From positions 126,542,001 to 126,606,000 of the forward strand of contig NC_043000.1 of the NCBI RefSeq assembly GCF_006345805.1: DNA of 64,000 nucleotides, written 5' to 3'. Every line of letters begins with the position of its first letter. Within the stretch, counting starts at the first letter, position 1. Below the pieces are notes generated by a model. That model searched no databases, had not been told where the DNA came from, and worked only from the letters and a program-made list of their open reading frames with translations. This stretch comes from Octopus sinensis. Taxonomy: Eukaryota. Below are positions 49,945 through 63,192 of this stretch, in pieces. The translations under genes and the position numbers were made by a program.

Positions 49945-51410
49945 CTGAATGCAAAAAAATAAGAGGAAACAAGTAATGAAAATGAAATCATCCAGCAATC
50001 AATAGATGGATGGTTGGGTCTGTAACAAAAACAGTTATGAAGTATAATATGGAGTCCATCTCTTTCTAGTTGCAAACACCGGATATAAGTACTAACAGTT
50101 TTCTGACCTTATTAGTTTAATAAATTTTGAAAATTATCATGAATTTGGAAGGAGTTAGTCAAATATAACTAACTTAGTCATTAAGCTATGGTTTGGAACA
50201 TGGCTTCATAAAACAAGTTCTTAGATGGAATTATGATAGGTTTTAAATTAATATGAACACTGTCAAATTAAAGGTTGTTTATCACAAAATCAGGTGATCC
50301 CAAGCACGTTGATATCAAAAGGGTTAAGGAAGGAGATGTAGCTTAACCAGGAATTAAACCTACATTGCAAACTTGCAAGGAACTTGATCATATTGCCATC
50401 TATAAATAAATGTTCTTTGACAAAATTTGATCGACAATACACACACACACACACAATGGGTGTCTTTCAGTTTCTGTCTACCCAATTCATTCAAAAGGTT
50501 TTGGTTAGCCTAGGGCTATAGGAGAAAACACCCACCCTAGTACCATGCAGTGGGACTGAACCCAAGACCACATGGTAGTGATTTTGTGTTCAGTCTCACT
50601 GTGCAGCACCTTGGGCAAGAATTTTCTACTATAGCCCCGGGCCAACCAATATGCCTTGTGAGCAAATCAGGTAAACAAAAGACTGCATGGAGGCCCGTCG
50701 TATATATACATATATATATATATATACCGCCCACTCACCTTTTGCAATCTTGCAAACTTACTCACCCACTCACGCTATCCAATTCTTGGTTCCACTTCAT
50801 TTATATACACCACCCTGTAACTTGAATGTACCCAGCCCCTGTCACATTTTCACTATCTCTCTCTTCTACTGAGGTAGCTACATATCTTACATATCTTCTT
50901 TACTGCAAGATGTCTATTTCTGTCCCTCTACTCATACACTAACCTTTCATCTGGCACAAAACCACCTTCCTCAATATTGCCCCCATCCCTTCCACTAAGT
51001 TGAGGGTGGGGTCTTGTCCTGTAAGTTATCTGGTAACCTCAATGCTGCTGGTGTCATGTAAAAAACACCCATTACACCCTGTAATGCGATTGATGTCAGG
51101 AAGAGCATCCAGTCATATAAACCATCCCAAAGCAGACAGTAGGGCTTGATACAGTCTTCTGATTTGCCAGTTCCTGTCAAACCATCCAACCCATACCAGA
51201 ATGAAAGACAGACATCAAATGATGACGACGACGACAATTATGTATCATGTATGTGTACGTGTATGTATGTGTGTGAATGTGCCTTTGTTTGTCTCCACCA
51301 CCCCCACTGCCTGACACCCAATGTTGGTTTGTTTTTGTCCCTATGACATAGCTGTCTGGCAAAAGGGTTTGATACAATAAGTATCAGACTTAAAAAGTTA
51401 AACATATAGG

Positions 51411-51815
51411 TGCAGGAGTGGCTGTGTGGTAAGTAGCTTGCTTACCAACCACATGGTTCTGGGTTCAGTCCCACTGTGTGGCACCTTGGGCAAGTGTCTT
51501 CTACTATAGCCTCGGGCCGACCAAAGCCTTGTGAGTGGATTTGATAGATGGAAACTGAAAGAAGCCCGTCGTATATGTATATATATATATATATATATAT
51601 AGGGGTGTGTGTGTGTGTGTGTGTGTGTGTTTGTCTCCCCAGCATCGCTTGACAACTGAATGCTGGTGTGTTTACATTCCCGTAACTTAGCAGTTCAGCA
51701 AAAGAGACCGATAGAATAAATACTAGGCTTACAAAGAACAAGACCTGGAGTCATTTGCTTGACTAAAGGCAGTGCTCCAGCATGGCCACAGCCAAATGAC
51801 AAACAAGTAAAAGAG
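51411..51815 (+). mobile_element. SINE family A
   Basis: Full-length copy. Confidence 0.85.
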
Positions 51816-53697
51816 ATAAGTTCTAGGATTGATTTCTTTGACTAAACCCTTCAAAGCCAGGCCCCAGTATGGGCTGGAGTTGAAACTGAGTTGTAGAAAA
51901 CTGTGCAACCCTATCAGATAAGTTAATTACACCAATAATTTGAAGACCCAGCTTCGTTACGTCAAGTTTGCATGAAAATTAGAAAAGCTTATAGAATGCT
52001 ACATTTTGGTTTAGCAATTTTATTTAACCCCCCTCACTGCAAAATTTCAAGATTATTCCAGTAATGATGTCAAATACTCTAAACAAAGAATTGGTAATTT
52101 TTGCAAGTCACACTTGAAATATCTCAATAAAAAAATTGTTCCAAAAACTTAGCATTTCTCAACAAGACAGATTGGTATCTGAAATTATTTTCTACAGTTA
52201 AGGATAATGAAATTTTGATTAGATATATCTGTTTTCCGCAGTCAAAAGGTTATTAGTCAAGTAATAATCAGTGATTTTTGCTTTCAGTTTGAACAGGCAT
52301 ATTTAAAAACAAACTTTTTTGCTATTATTTCTATTGTCAACAAACCATATCCAGCCCAAATATTCTACCTTTGGAGCCCTTACCAGTGAATGGCTTATTT
52401 TTCTCTATACCATAGCACCGCTCTATACTGTAGCACCGGTGGAGTGCCAGGTATATGGTCAAATAATGGTCAGGAGGTCAGGGCTTAAAAGGTTAATGTT
52501 CAAACCAGTCATCTGACCTCTCACACCTACTTCACAATGTCATTCTAAAAATAAACCATCAGATTATCAAAATCTCAAAGCTATGAGATAATGCATGATT
52601 AATTCAGAACAATGTGAATAAAGAAAGCATTACATTTGCCAGAGTAATCGGAATGCTAAAAGGTTGAGGTAGAACATTATGACTTACTGAAAAATAAGTT
52701 TCAAATTCTATTCTTAAAAGACAAATTAGTCGCATAAACTTTTTCTAGAGTTGAAAAATATTTCAATTGACTGCATTTTGTTAGAACCTTCTAATTAAAA
52801 TACCAAATAGATCACTTCCTTGACAATCACAGGAAAATGAAAATTTTAAGTTGAAAAAAAAAAAAAAAAGAGTATAAAAAACAAAGAAAGGAGGAAAAGT
52901 ATTTCATTGACATAATGAATATGTAGATGAAAAATCGTATAAATCTCAAATTATTCCCACATTATCTATGTCAAAAGCCAAGCTCTGTGACATTTTCGCT
53001 GTGCATCACTAGAGCAAAAAAAACTACAGTAAAAATCATTATACATTTCCGTCTGTAATTAACTGCTAAAATTCACCTAATTTTCTTCCTGGAGTGTATC
53101 CATAGTTACCTCCCTTGAAGACAAACCGAGTAAATTAGCTCACATTTTCCTACTTGAACAAATGATAATATTTATATAGCAGGGGTGTGTGGGGAGGTGA
53201 AGCACAAATGAGATAATTCTCTTGTCTAAGTTCAAATCTTTTAGAGGTCAATTTAACCTTGCTACCTTTTAGTTTGATACGATAAGCACTTCTGACATAT
53301 TAGGTTTGAGTTAATAGTTCTGTTTCCTTAAAACTTGACCTTATATTAAAAGAAAAATATTTATGGAACAAAGTTAATGTTTTTCTCCTTAATGTAGTGA
53401 AGCATAAAATATTTACTTAGAAATAATATGGCGAGGAAAAGTCTAATTCAATGATTGTAATTATTTAAATCATTTTAGCAAGCATGGAAGACAATTTGGA
53501 ACATGTTTTGGTCTTATTAAACCTCATCATACAAGAAGACTTTCTGCATTTACCAAAGCAGTAATGAAAGAATCACTAAGTAGATGTGAAATATTGTATA
53601 TGAGTAGGTATGAACAATTAGCATATTTCAAAAAACTATATTATTAAAGGTAATCACTCAGCAGCCATCTTCAAGAGAAAAAAAGAATATTAAAAAT

Positions 53698-53877
53698 ACT
53701 CTTTTACTTGTTTCAGTCATTTGACTGTAGCCATGCTGGAGCACCACCTTTAGTCAAGCAAATCGACCCCAGGACTTATTCTTTGTAAGCCTAGAACTTA
53801 TTCTATCGGTCTCTTTTGCCGAACTACTAAGTTACGCAGACGGAAACATACCAGTGATGTTGGGAGGACAAACACAG

Positions 53878-53931
<54 letters not shown>

Positions 53932-54092
53932 GAAGGCTTTTTTCAGTTTCTGTCTTCCAAATTCACTCACAAGGCTTTGGTCGGCCCAAGGCTATAGTAG
54001 AAGACACTTGCCCAAGGTGCCACGCACTGGAAATGAACCCAGAACCATCTGGTTGGTAAGCAAGCTACTTACCACACAGCCACTCCTGCACC
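53698..54092 (-). mobile_element. SINE family A
   Basis: Full-length copy. Confidence 0.85.
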
Positions 54093-54609
54093 TATACTGC
54101 TAACATATTTAATGACATGACGCTTATACTTCATTGAAGAGGTTTAATAATAACAGAACATGTCTAGAGTTGTCTTATGTACTTGTCAATTACAATAATA
54201 TTACTTATGAAACAAATGTTGTTTTCCATCATCATCATTATCATCATCATTGTTGTTTTAATATCCACTTTTCCATGCTTACATTGTTTGATCAAATTTA
54301 GAATCAAATCATTAGGATGATGGGTCCTCTTCTTTCTACTAGGTTGGAGTCTTTGGCTCGTTATCAAAGTGTATCTTCACTGTGTCTTTTCTATAAGTAT
54401 TTCCATGGTCATGACTGATGAATTAGTACCCTCTGCCAAAACCTTTAAATGTGTCGCCCTCTTCTCTTCTCAGGTGCATCATTTCTAAGTTGAAATTCTT
54501 GTTAGTCATAAGTCCTTTCAGTTGAAAGCCTCTTCCTCTGAATTGCTGCTCTCTGGAACTCACTACCATCATTTTGTTTTCCTCAGGTCTACGATATTCA
54601 TTCCCTTAA

Positions 54610-54850
54610 GCTTTCTTATTTCTTTATTGCCCACAAGGGGCTAAACATAGAGGAGACAAATAAGGACAGACAAAGGGATTAAGTCGATTATATCGACCCC
54701 AGTGCGTAACTGATACTTAATTTATCGACCCCGAAAGGATGAAAGGCAAAGTAATCCTTGGCGGAATTTGAACTCAGAACGCAACAGAAGATGAAATATC
54801 ACTAAGCATTTCGCCCGGCGTGCTAACGTTTCTGCCAGCTCACCACCTTG
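54610..54850 (-). mobile_element. SINE family B
   Basis: Low-divergence copy; a second copy at about 55362-55590. Confidence 0.8.
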
Positions 54851-56139
54851 AGCTTTTTGTCAATTGATATCTTTTCGATTTGTAGGCCCCTTCTTTTCTT
54901 TCTTTGTAGTCCATTATGCTACAGTGACTTCAAACCTTGTCTGGGATAGAATTGTATTAAAAAACAATAACACATGGATCAGTTGAGACTATCCTAGAGC
55001 AGCATTTCCTACAGTCAGATGTCTTTCTTGGATACCTGCTTCCAAGGAAGGTAATAAAAACCCAGTCTATCAAACTCCAAACAGTCCAGATGTGATTCAG
55101 TGGAGAACTGGAAACAAAAGCCTTACTATATGAACAATGAGGCTTTTGTTTACCATCAGTAAACACACATAAAGTTGAAGGCAAATGACAAACTTATACA
55201 AACACACACAATATCACTATCATCATTATCATCTACAACCGTTTTCTATGCTGGCATGGGTTGGCCAGTTTGACAGGACTTGACAAGCAGTACAGCTGCA
55301 TTGAGCTCCAGTGAGTGTATGTGTGTGTCTACACACATATACATGGTAGGCTTCTATAATTTCTTATTTCTTTATTGCCCACAAGGGGCTAAACATAGAG
55401 GGGATAAACAAGGACAAAGGGATTAAGTCGATAACATCAACCCCAGTGTGTAACTGGTATTAATTTATTGACCCCGAAAGGATGAAAGGCAAAGTCGACC
55501 TCGGCGGAATTTGAACTTAGAACATAATGGCAGACGAAATACCACTAAGCATCTCGCCTGGCATGCTAACATTTCTACCAGCTCGCTGCTGGTAGAAACG
55601 TTATAGGCTTCTATAATTTCTGTCTACCAATTTCACTCACATGATATTAGTTTTAGAACAGGACACCTCCCAACACCACCTTTGCAGTGGAACTGAACTC
55701 TTAACCACGTGGTTCTGAGGCAAACTTCTCAACTACACAACCAAGCCTGGAATATTTCTAATTAGACATTCCATGCTTATCACGTTAAATATGTTAACAT
55801 TAACTTAAAATATCATTTTTCATGCAGATGATATCTCTTGAGTACTTAACTTCAGTGATTTAATTAATAGAGTAAAGAGGCTGAGTGCCAATAAATTAAA
55901 GATAAGTTCCTGGTTAAACAAATTAATTACATAGTTTTGAAATTTTTAATAAAGATTAGTTTTAGGCTGAGGCATGGCTGTGTGGTTAGGAAGCTCATTT
56001 TGTAACCATGAGGTTTTCAGTTCAGTCCACTGTGCAGCCCACTGGGTGTCTTCTTACTATAGCTCTGGACCAACCAATGCTTTGTGAGTGAATTTGGTAG
56101 ACAGAAACTGTGCAGAAGCCCATCATTTATATACGTGTG

Positions 56140-56170
<31 letters not shown>

Positions 56171-56335
56171 GCACAACAGGCTTCTACACAATTTCCATCT
56201 TCATATACTTACATATATATATATTCAGTAAAAGCAATTAAGATTCAAGTGAGTTCCAATGAATTCACATGAATGCGGTACTTAACTTAGAAATCTATAT
56301 GGTATTAACCATAAAATAATGTGGGGTGATTATAA

Positions 56336-56470
56336 ACAAGAAAAAAGCAACAAGAATGGATTAGTTTTTCAGTACAATTGTTTCATATGAAGTAAAGCTT
56401 TATTAAAAGCTGTTCTTCATATGAAACAATTGTACTGAAAAACTAATCCATTCTTGTTGCTTTTTTCTTG

Positions 56471-56471
<1 letters not shown>
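56336..56471. repeat. Perfect inverted repeat, 57-bp arms, 22-nt self-complementary spacer
   Basis: 56336-56392 is the exact reverse complement of 56415-56471. Confidence 0.95.
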
Positions 56472-56514
<43 letters not shown>

Positions 56515-56521
<7 letters not shown>

Positions 56522-56817
56522 CGTAAAAAGCACCATCCGTTCGTGTCCGTTGCCAGCCTCGTCTGGCCCTCGTGCCAGTGGCACATAAAAAGCACCATCC
56601 GTTCGTGGCCGTTTGCCAGCTCTGTCTGGCACCTGTACGGGTGGTACGTAAAAAGCACCCACTACACTCACGGAGTGGTTGGCGTTAGGAAGGGCATCCA
56701 GCCATAGAAACACTGCCAGATTTGACTGGGCCTGATGAAGCCTTCTGGCTTCACAGACCCCAGTAGAACCGTCCAACCCATGCTAGCATGGAAAACAGAC
56801 GCTAAACGATGATGATG

Positions 56818-56851
<34 letters not shown>

Positions 56852-57145
56852 GGTGGCACATGAAGGGCACCATTTGAGTGTGGTCATTGCTAGCGTCGCC
56901 TTACTGGCACGTGAAAAAACATTCAAGCAAGGTTGTTGCCCAGTGCCGCTGGACTGGCTCCTGTGCAGGTGGCACGTAAAAGCACCCACTACACTCTCGG
57001 AGTGGTTGGCATTAGGAAGGGCATCCAGCTGCAGAAACTCTGCCAGATCAGATTGGAGCCTGGTGCAGCCATCTGGTTTGCCAGACCTCAGTCAAATCGT
57101 TAAACCCATGCTAGCATGGAAAGCGGACGTTAAGCAATGATGATG
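56515..57145 (+). mobile_element. Two tandem RTE family D 3'UTR copies
   Basis: Tails ending gatgatgat at about 56820 and 57145. Confidence 0.85.
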
Positions 57146-58049
57146 AAAGACACACACACACACGTTTGTTTGTCTTTGTCCCATCACCACTACTCAAAAA
57201 CCTGTATTAGTTTGTTTATGTCCCGTAACTTAGCAGCTTGGCAAAAGAAACTGACAGAATGAGTACCAAGCTTTAAAAAATAAGAACAAGGGTTGACTGG
57301 TTGGCTAAACCCTTCAAGGTGGTGTCCCAGCATGACTGCAATCCAATGACTGGAACCAGATAAAAGATCTCATAAAAGCCACATATTTCATGACCTTTGG
57401 AAAAACATTGTCTCATTTTCTCATTTCTTCTCCCTCCATTAATTTAAATCTATTTTTATCTGTTTATACTTAATGAGTGAGCTCTTGATAGGCTGGACCA
57501 AAAAATTAGCTCAACACTTAGCTGGAACCATTTCTGTTGAATTATCTCTCTAATGTTCTGAAATAGGCATGAAGATTATAGCTTCCACCTATTCCTCACC
57601 CCCAACAATCTCAGGTCTTCCACTTCATTCTATAAATAAGACTACCTTTCATCCCTTCTTGGTTGATCAAATTAGTGTCATTCACACAGCAGGATTGATT
57701 CAGTTTTTTTGAATATGTGCCAAGAGAAAAATAATAATAAATAAATAAATTACTTCGCAATATTGTTTTGAATGTCAATAAGAGAGAGAAAGAGAATCAA
57801 TGTTACTCCTTGATATGCTAAAATTAGAATCCAAATCCCCAGCGTCTTTTAAAGATCAAGACGTAAAATATGCCGTCCTAAATAACTTTTACCAGAAAAG
57901 AATAAATAAATGTTTCTGTTCAGAATGATTTTGAAAATAATAGATCTATTTGGGCTAAATAATTTCTGGTATTTATTTGTTTGGAGAACAACAATGAACC
58001 TGTGAAGATTTAATTGACGCAGTAATCATAGGCATTCTAACATACTTAC

Positions 58050-58162
58050 TATAACGGTTATACCTTGCTCCTTGCACAACATTGACGATGCCATAAAGAT
58101 TATGCTTCCTGTAAACCAAAGCCAAGAAAAGTTGGCAGGAATTTCTGTTAAACAATTTTTAT
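58050..58162 (-). CDS. TMTC4: TMTC4 exon 2: (D)KNCLTEIPANFSWLWFTGSIIFMASSMLCKEQGITVI
   Basis: ttttcag acceptor, GTAAGT donor, 113 nt; conserved LCKEQGITV motif; not in ORF track. Confidence 0.93.
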
Positions 58163-58709
58163 CTGAAAAAGGAAAAAAAGAGCAATAAAATAGAGACATG
58201 AATCAGAAATATATAAGAAGGAACGAAACCATTAACACCTTCATGACTGTATTTGTGAAGAACATTGTGTTTGAATTCATTTTGAAAAATAATTAAGAAT
58301 TTGGAGGGATTTAATAAAATGACTATTTTTTTTTTTTTACTAGCTGACCACATGCCACCAATAATGGCAGCTAATTGTAATATTTTATATATAAATAAAT
58401 TACAAAATAAGTTACATAATAATCACACAATACAAACATTCGCATGCTTCCCTTGTACACAACTACACATATACTCAGAGTTGAAACGCTGAGTTTTTTT
58501 TCACCCCTTCCTTTCTCTCATTGCTATTACTTTCTCTCACTCTCTCTCAGTCAGGGCTATTACTCTCACTACTTCTCCTTCACTGAATTATTATTTTCTC
58601 TCCTCCTCTGCATCTAGCATGATTCTGGACAAATATATATATACACACACAAATATATAAAAACATTATGCTCATTATTATATTAGGAGATTATTATTAT
58701 TATTATTAA

Positions 58710-59860
58710 TGTAGCTAGCTGGCAGAATCGTTAGCACACTGGGCAAAATGCTTAGCAGCATTTTGCCTGCCCTTACATTCAGAGTTCATATTCCACTGAG
58801 GCTGACTTTGTCTTTGTCCTTTTGGAGTCAATAAATTAAGTACCAATAAAACACTGGGGTTGATGTAACTGACTATCCCCCTCCCCCAAATTTCAGGCCT
58901 TTTACCTTTAATACAAAGTATTATTATTATTATTGTTAAGGCAGTAATCTGGCAGAATCGTTAGCACACTGGGCAAAATGCTTACTGGCAGTCTGTCTGT
59001 CCTTACATTCTGAGTTCAAATTCCAGCAAGGTCAACTTTGCCTTTCATTCTTTCAGGGTTGATAAAATGAGTACCAGTGAAACACTAGGGTTGATGTAAT
59101 CAACTAGTCCCCTCCCCAAAAATTTCAGGCCATGTGCCTTCAAGTAGAAATGATTATCAAGGCAGAATTTTTAGCACACTGAGCAAAAAGCCTAGCAATA
59201 TTTCATCTGTCTTTATGTCCTGAGTTCAAATACTGTTGGGGTTGACATTGCTTTTTATCCTTTTGGGGTCAATAAAATAAGAACAAGTTGAGTACTGGGT
59301 TCAATTTAATTGACTTGGCTCCTCCTCCAAAATTGCTGGCCTTGTGCCAAAAGTTGAAATTACTATTGTCGTTGTTGGTGGTGAGTTGAGAGAATCATTA
59401 GCAGAGTGGACAAAATTCTTAGTGGCATTCTGTTTGTCTTTATATTCTGAGTTCAAATTCCACCCAGGTTAACTTCACCTTTCATCCTTTCAGGGGCGAT
59501 AAAATAAGTCCCCGTGGAACACTGAGGTCAATGAAGCTGACGTACCCCTTCTCCTAAAATTGTTGGCCTTGTACCAAAATTTGAAACCATCCCCACATGA
59601 CAACCACCACCATCATCATTTAATCATTATTATTTAAGGCAGTGAACTGACAAAATTGCTAGCAAGCCAGGCAAAATGCTTAACGGCATTTTGTCTGTCT
59701 TTATGTCCTGAGTTCAAATTATGCTGAGGTCGACTTTACCTTTCATCCTTTCGGGGGTTGATAAACTAAGAACCAATCAAGTACTGGGGTCAATGTAATC
59801 AACTATTACCCTCCCCATAAATTCTAGGCCTTGTGTCTATAGTAGAGAAGATTATTATTA
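58710..59860 (+). mobile_element. Five tandem copies of SINE family B (tRNA-like head, GACTTTGCCTTTCATCCTTTCGGGGTCGATAAAATAAGTACC core, probably Meta/MESC domain)
   Basis: Heads at about 58715, 58935, 59160, 59380 and 59635, separated by (ATT)n or short spacers; core assignment from memory. Confidence 0.8.
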
Positions 59861-59896
59861 CTATTATTATTATTAAGGTGGTGTTTGGAACATATT

Positions 59897-60362
59897 CTTA
59901 TATTTGTTTCAGTCATTTGACTGCGGCCATGCTGGAGCACCGCCTTTAGTCAAGCAAATCGACCCCAGGACTTATTCTTTGTAAGCCTAGTACTTATTCT
60001 ATCAGTCTCTTTTGCTGAACCACTAAATGACGGGGACGTGAACACACTAGCATCGGTTGTCAAGCGATGTTGCGGGGATAAACACAGACACACAAACATA
60101 CACACACACATATTTGATTTTGATTTTTCCAGTTTCAGCTAATGAGCTGTGGCCATGCTGGGGCACCGCCATATATATATATGTATTATCATAAGAGATA
60201 TATATATACACGATGGGCTTCTTTCAGTTTCTGTCTACCAAATCCACTCACAAGGCTTTGGTCGGCCTGAAGCTATAGTAGAAGGTGCCACACAGTGGGA
60301 CTGAACCCAGAACCATGTGGTTGGTAAGCTAGCTACTTACCACACAGCCACTCCTACGCCTA
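59897..60362 (-). mobile_element. SINE family A with an extra tail fragment in its internal microsatellite
   Basis: Second tgtggccatgctggggcaccgcc segment at about 60140-60170. Confidence 0.8.
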
Positions 60363-61252
60363 TATTAAAAAGATATTTCAAAAAATTATTATGGCAGGTT
60401 TTGATTTAATGAACACTTTACAATGGACGCAGAACCAGAACACAGGTGTGTTGGTATCAAAGGGTTAGCATAAGAACTGCAATGTCCTGAAGACGTATCC
60501 AACACAAAAGACAAAAATTACTGACATATTCCTTTGTTGTCTTCTTTCTAAGTTACTTTTCTCTGCCCTCTACAGCTGTAACCAGCCTAAAGCACATTTC
60601 CTCTCTGACACCATCCTACATTTATTTTCACCTTCCTATTCAGACTGTTGAAGCTATCTCACCTACATACAATCTCTGATGAGAAATCACTTCTTCACTT
60701 TGCTTGTATTATTACTTTCAGGTTACAATTTTATATTTCATATATAATTTCACACCTGCCTTATTCTTTTCCAATCTCTTCAAACACTATACAGGCAAAA
60801 AAACACTTATAGATTAGAAATATGTACTTTTAGAAAACTATAAAACAATTGGTCTTGGAACTAATACTTATACATCATCAGTATCATCAATTAACGTCCA
60901 CTTTCTATGCTAGCATTGCATAGATGGTTTGACAGGAGCTGGCAAGCTTCAGGACTTATATATTGTTTGCTTGTTTTGTTTTTTTTTGGCTTATTTTTTT
61001 TATAATATAAACAATTTTACACTAAACTGAAGAATTACTCAATACTTCTTGTAGAGTAATTGTTTATTATACTTTTACAAGAAGGGTGGCCTGTTGGTCT
61101 TCATTGGATTATTGGATGCATACATATATGCGTCCAGCAGCTATAAGGGTTTTTAACTCTTATTTCGTGCAATGTAGGTGCTACCCTACCCCGTCAAGTC
61201 ACTATTAGTGACAAGTGACTTTTTCCTTTTTGGTTTTATATTGCAGATTCTT

Positions 61253-62098
61253 TTTTACTCTTTTACTTGTTTCAGTCAATTGACTGTGGCCATGCTGGAG
61301 CACCACCTTTAGTCGAACAAATTGACCTCAGAACTTATTGTTTGTAAGCCTACTACGTATGCTATCAGTCTCTTTTACCGAACTAAGTTACGGGGACATA
61401 AACACACCAACATCGGTTGGGGGGACAAACACAGAAACACAAACATATATATATATGTGCACCTGAGCACTGTACACAATTATTATTATTATTATTATAT
61501 ATAAATATATATATATATACTCTTTTACTTGTTTCAGTCATTTGACTGCGGCCATGCTGGAGCACCGCCTTTAGTCGAGCAAATCGACCCCGGGACTTAT
61601 TCTTTGTAAGCCCAGTACTTATTCTATCGGTCTCTTTTTGCCGAACCGCTAAGTGACGGGGACGTAAACACACCAGCATTGGTTGTCAAGCGATGTTGGT
61701 GGGGGGGACAAACACAGACACACAAACACTCACATATATATATATACATATATACGACAGGCTTCTTTCAGTTTCCATCTACCAAATCCACTCACAAGGC
61801 ATTGGTCGGCCCGGGGCTATAGCAGAAGACACTTGCCCAAGATGCCACGCAGTGGGACTGAACCCGCAACCATGTGGTTGGTTAGCAAGCTACTTACCAC
61901 ACAGCCACTCCTGCATATATATACACATATATACTATGGGCTTCTTTCAGTTTCTGTCTACCAAATCCACTCACATGGCTTTGGTCGGCCCGAGGCTATA
62001 GTAGAAGACACTTGCCCAAGGTGACACACAGTGGGTCTGAACCCGGAACCATGTGGTTGGTAAGCAAGCTACTTACCACACAGCCACTCCTGTACCTA
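61253..62098 (-). mobile_element. Cluster of SINE family A pieces (tail 61253-61445, full copy 61518-61915, extra head 61930-62098)
   Basis: Tandem same-orientation copies; a short CR1 tail (61457-61500) sits between them. Confidence 0.85.
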
Positions 62099-62819
62099 TA
62101 GATAGCTGCTTTTGTTATGTTACACACACACAGAGTTTTGATGAGAGCCAATATATGAAACTCTCAGTCCTTGAGTCACTTTCTAACTTTAGCTGATTGA
62201 ATAATAATTACTATTGCTGTGTGAGAGTCTGGTCAGGAAGTCTGGCTTAAATATTTCCAGAGTGAACTCTTTTAAACCTCCCCAACTAGGTGGTTGTTGT
62301 CAAACTTGGGAGTGTGTTAAGATGGCCATTCTTGTTTTAAAAGAACTAAAACAGAATTCAAAAGTTATCCGGATTTTAGTCTACAGGGCCAAACTACAGA
62401 CAAAAAAAAACCTGATGGGTAATTACCAAATATTATTGTCAGGGATATGGTACAAGTGAATCCTAAGACCCAGTTTTTGGTGATGAAACAATTCCAGTAG
62501 CTGCAATATATGAACATGGGACGTCTTGAGCAAATGGATACAGCATAAAGTAATGAGAACTATTTAGTCTCATGAGCCTAAAGGTAACCTTACAAATGTT
62601 GGTGACATGATGAAATGTAAACTCTGTAATTAATGTTATCAGTAATTAGTGAACAAAGAGAGAGAGGGAGAGAGAGAGAGAGAGAGAGAGAATATAGGGC
62701 TGGGAAGACTGTTTAACCTCGTCAAGGACATGATAACCTCTCACATGCTTTTGCTATGATAAAATGTGCCTACTACACTCACTAAAGTGAATAGTGTTAG
62801 AAAGGGTATCCATCATAGG

Positions 62820-63185
62820 CACTAAGTCAAAAATGAATGCATAAATCAGACATGGCCCTCCTGGTTGGCAGGGCTGATTCAAGGTATGGGCAACTCGGCG
62901 GTTACCAGGGGTGCCAAGGAGGACATAACAAATACAAGGAAATTTCCATGACTGTCAGCTTGCCCAGGGTGCCAGCAACCCTAGGGTTGGCCCTGCTGGT
63001 GGGCAGTAACTCCAAATAAGGACACAAACCATCACAACTCATCTGACACATGCTACCATGGAAAGTGGACATAAAATTATGATGACAACAATGATGATGA
63101 TAGTGATGGTGATGATGATGATGATAATGATGATGATAGTGATGGTGATAATGATGATGATGATAGTGATGGTAATAATGATGAA
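62820..63185 (+). mobile_element. Degenerate RTE family D 3' end with a long imperfect (GAT)n tail abutting the TMTC4 donor
   Basis: catgctaccatggaaagtggacat followed by about 110 nt of (GAT/GGT/AAT)n ending 6-7 nt from the donor GT. Confidence 0.7.
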
Positions 63186-63192
63186 GACTTAC

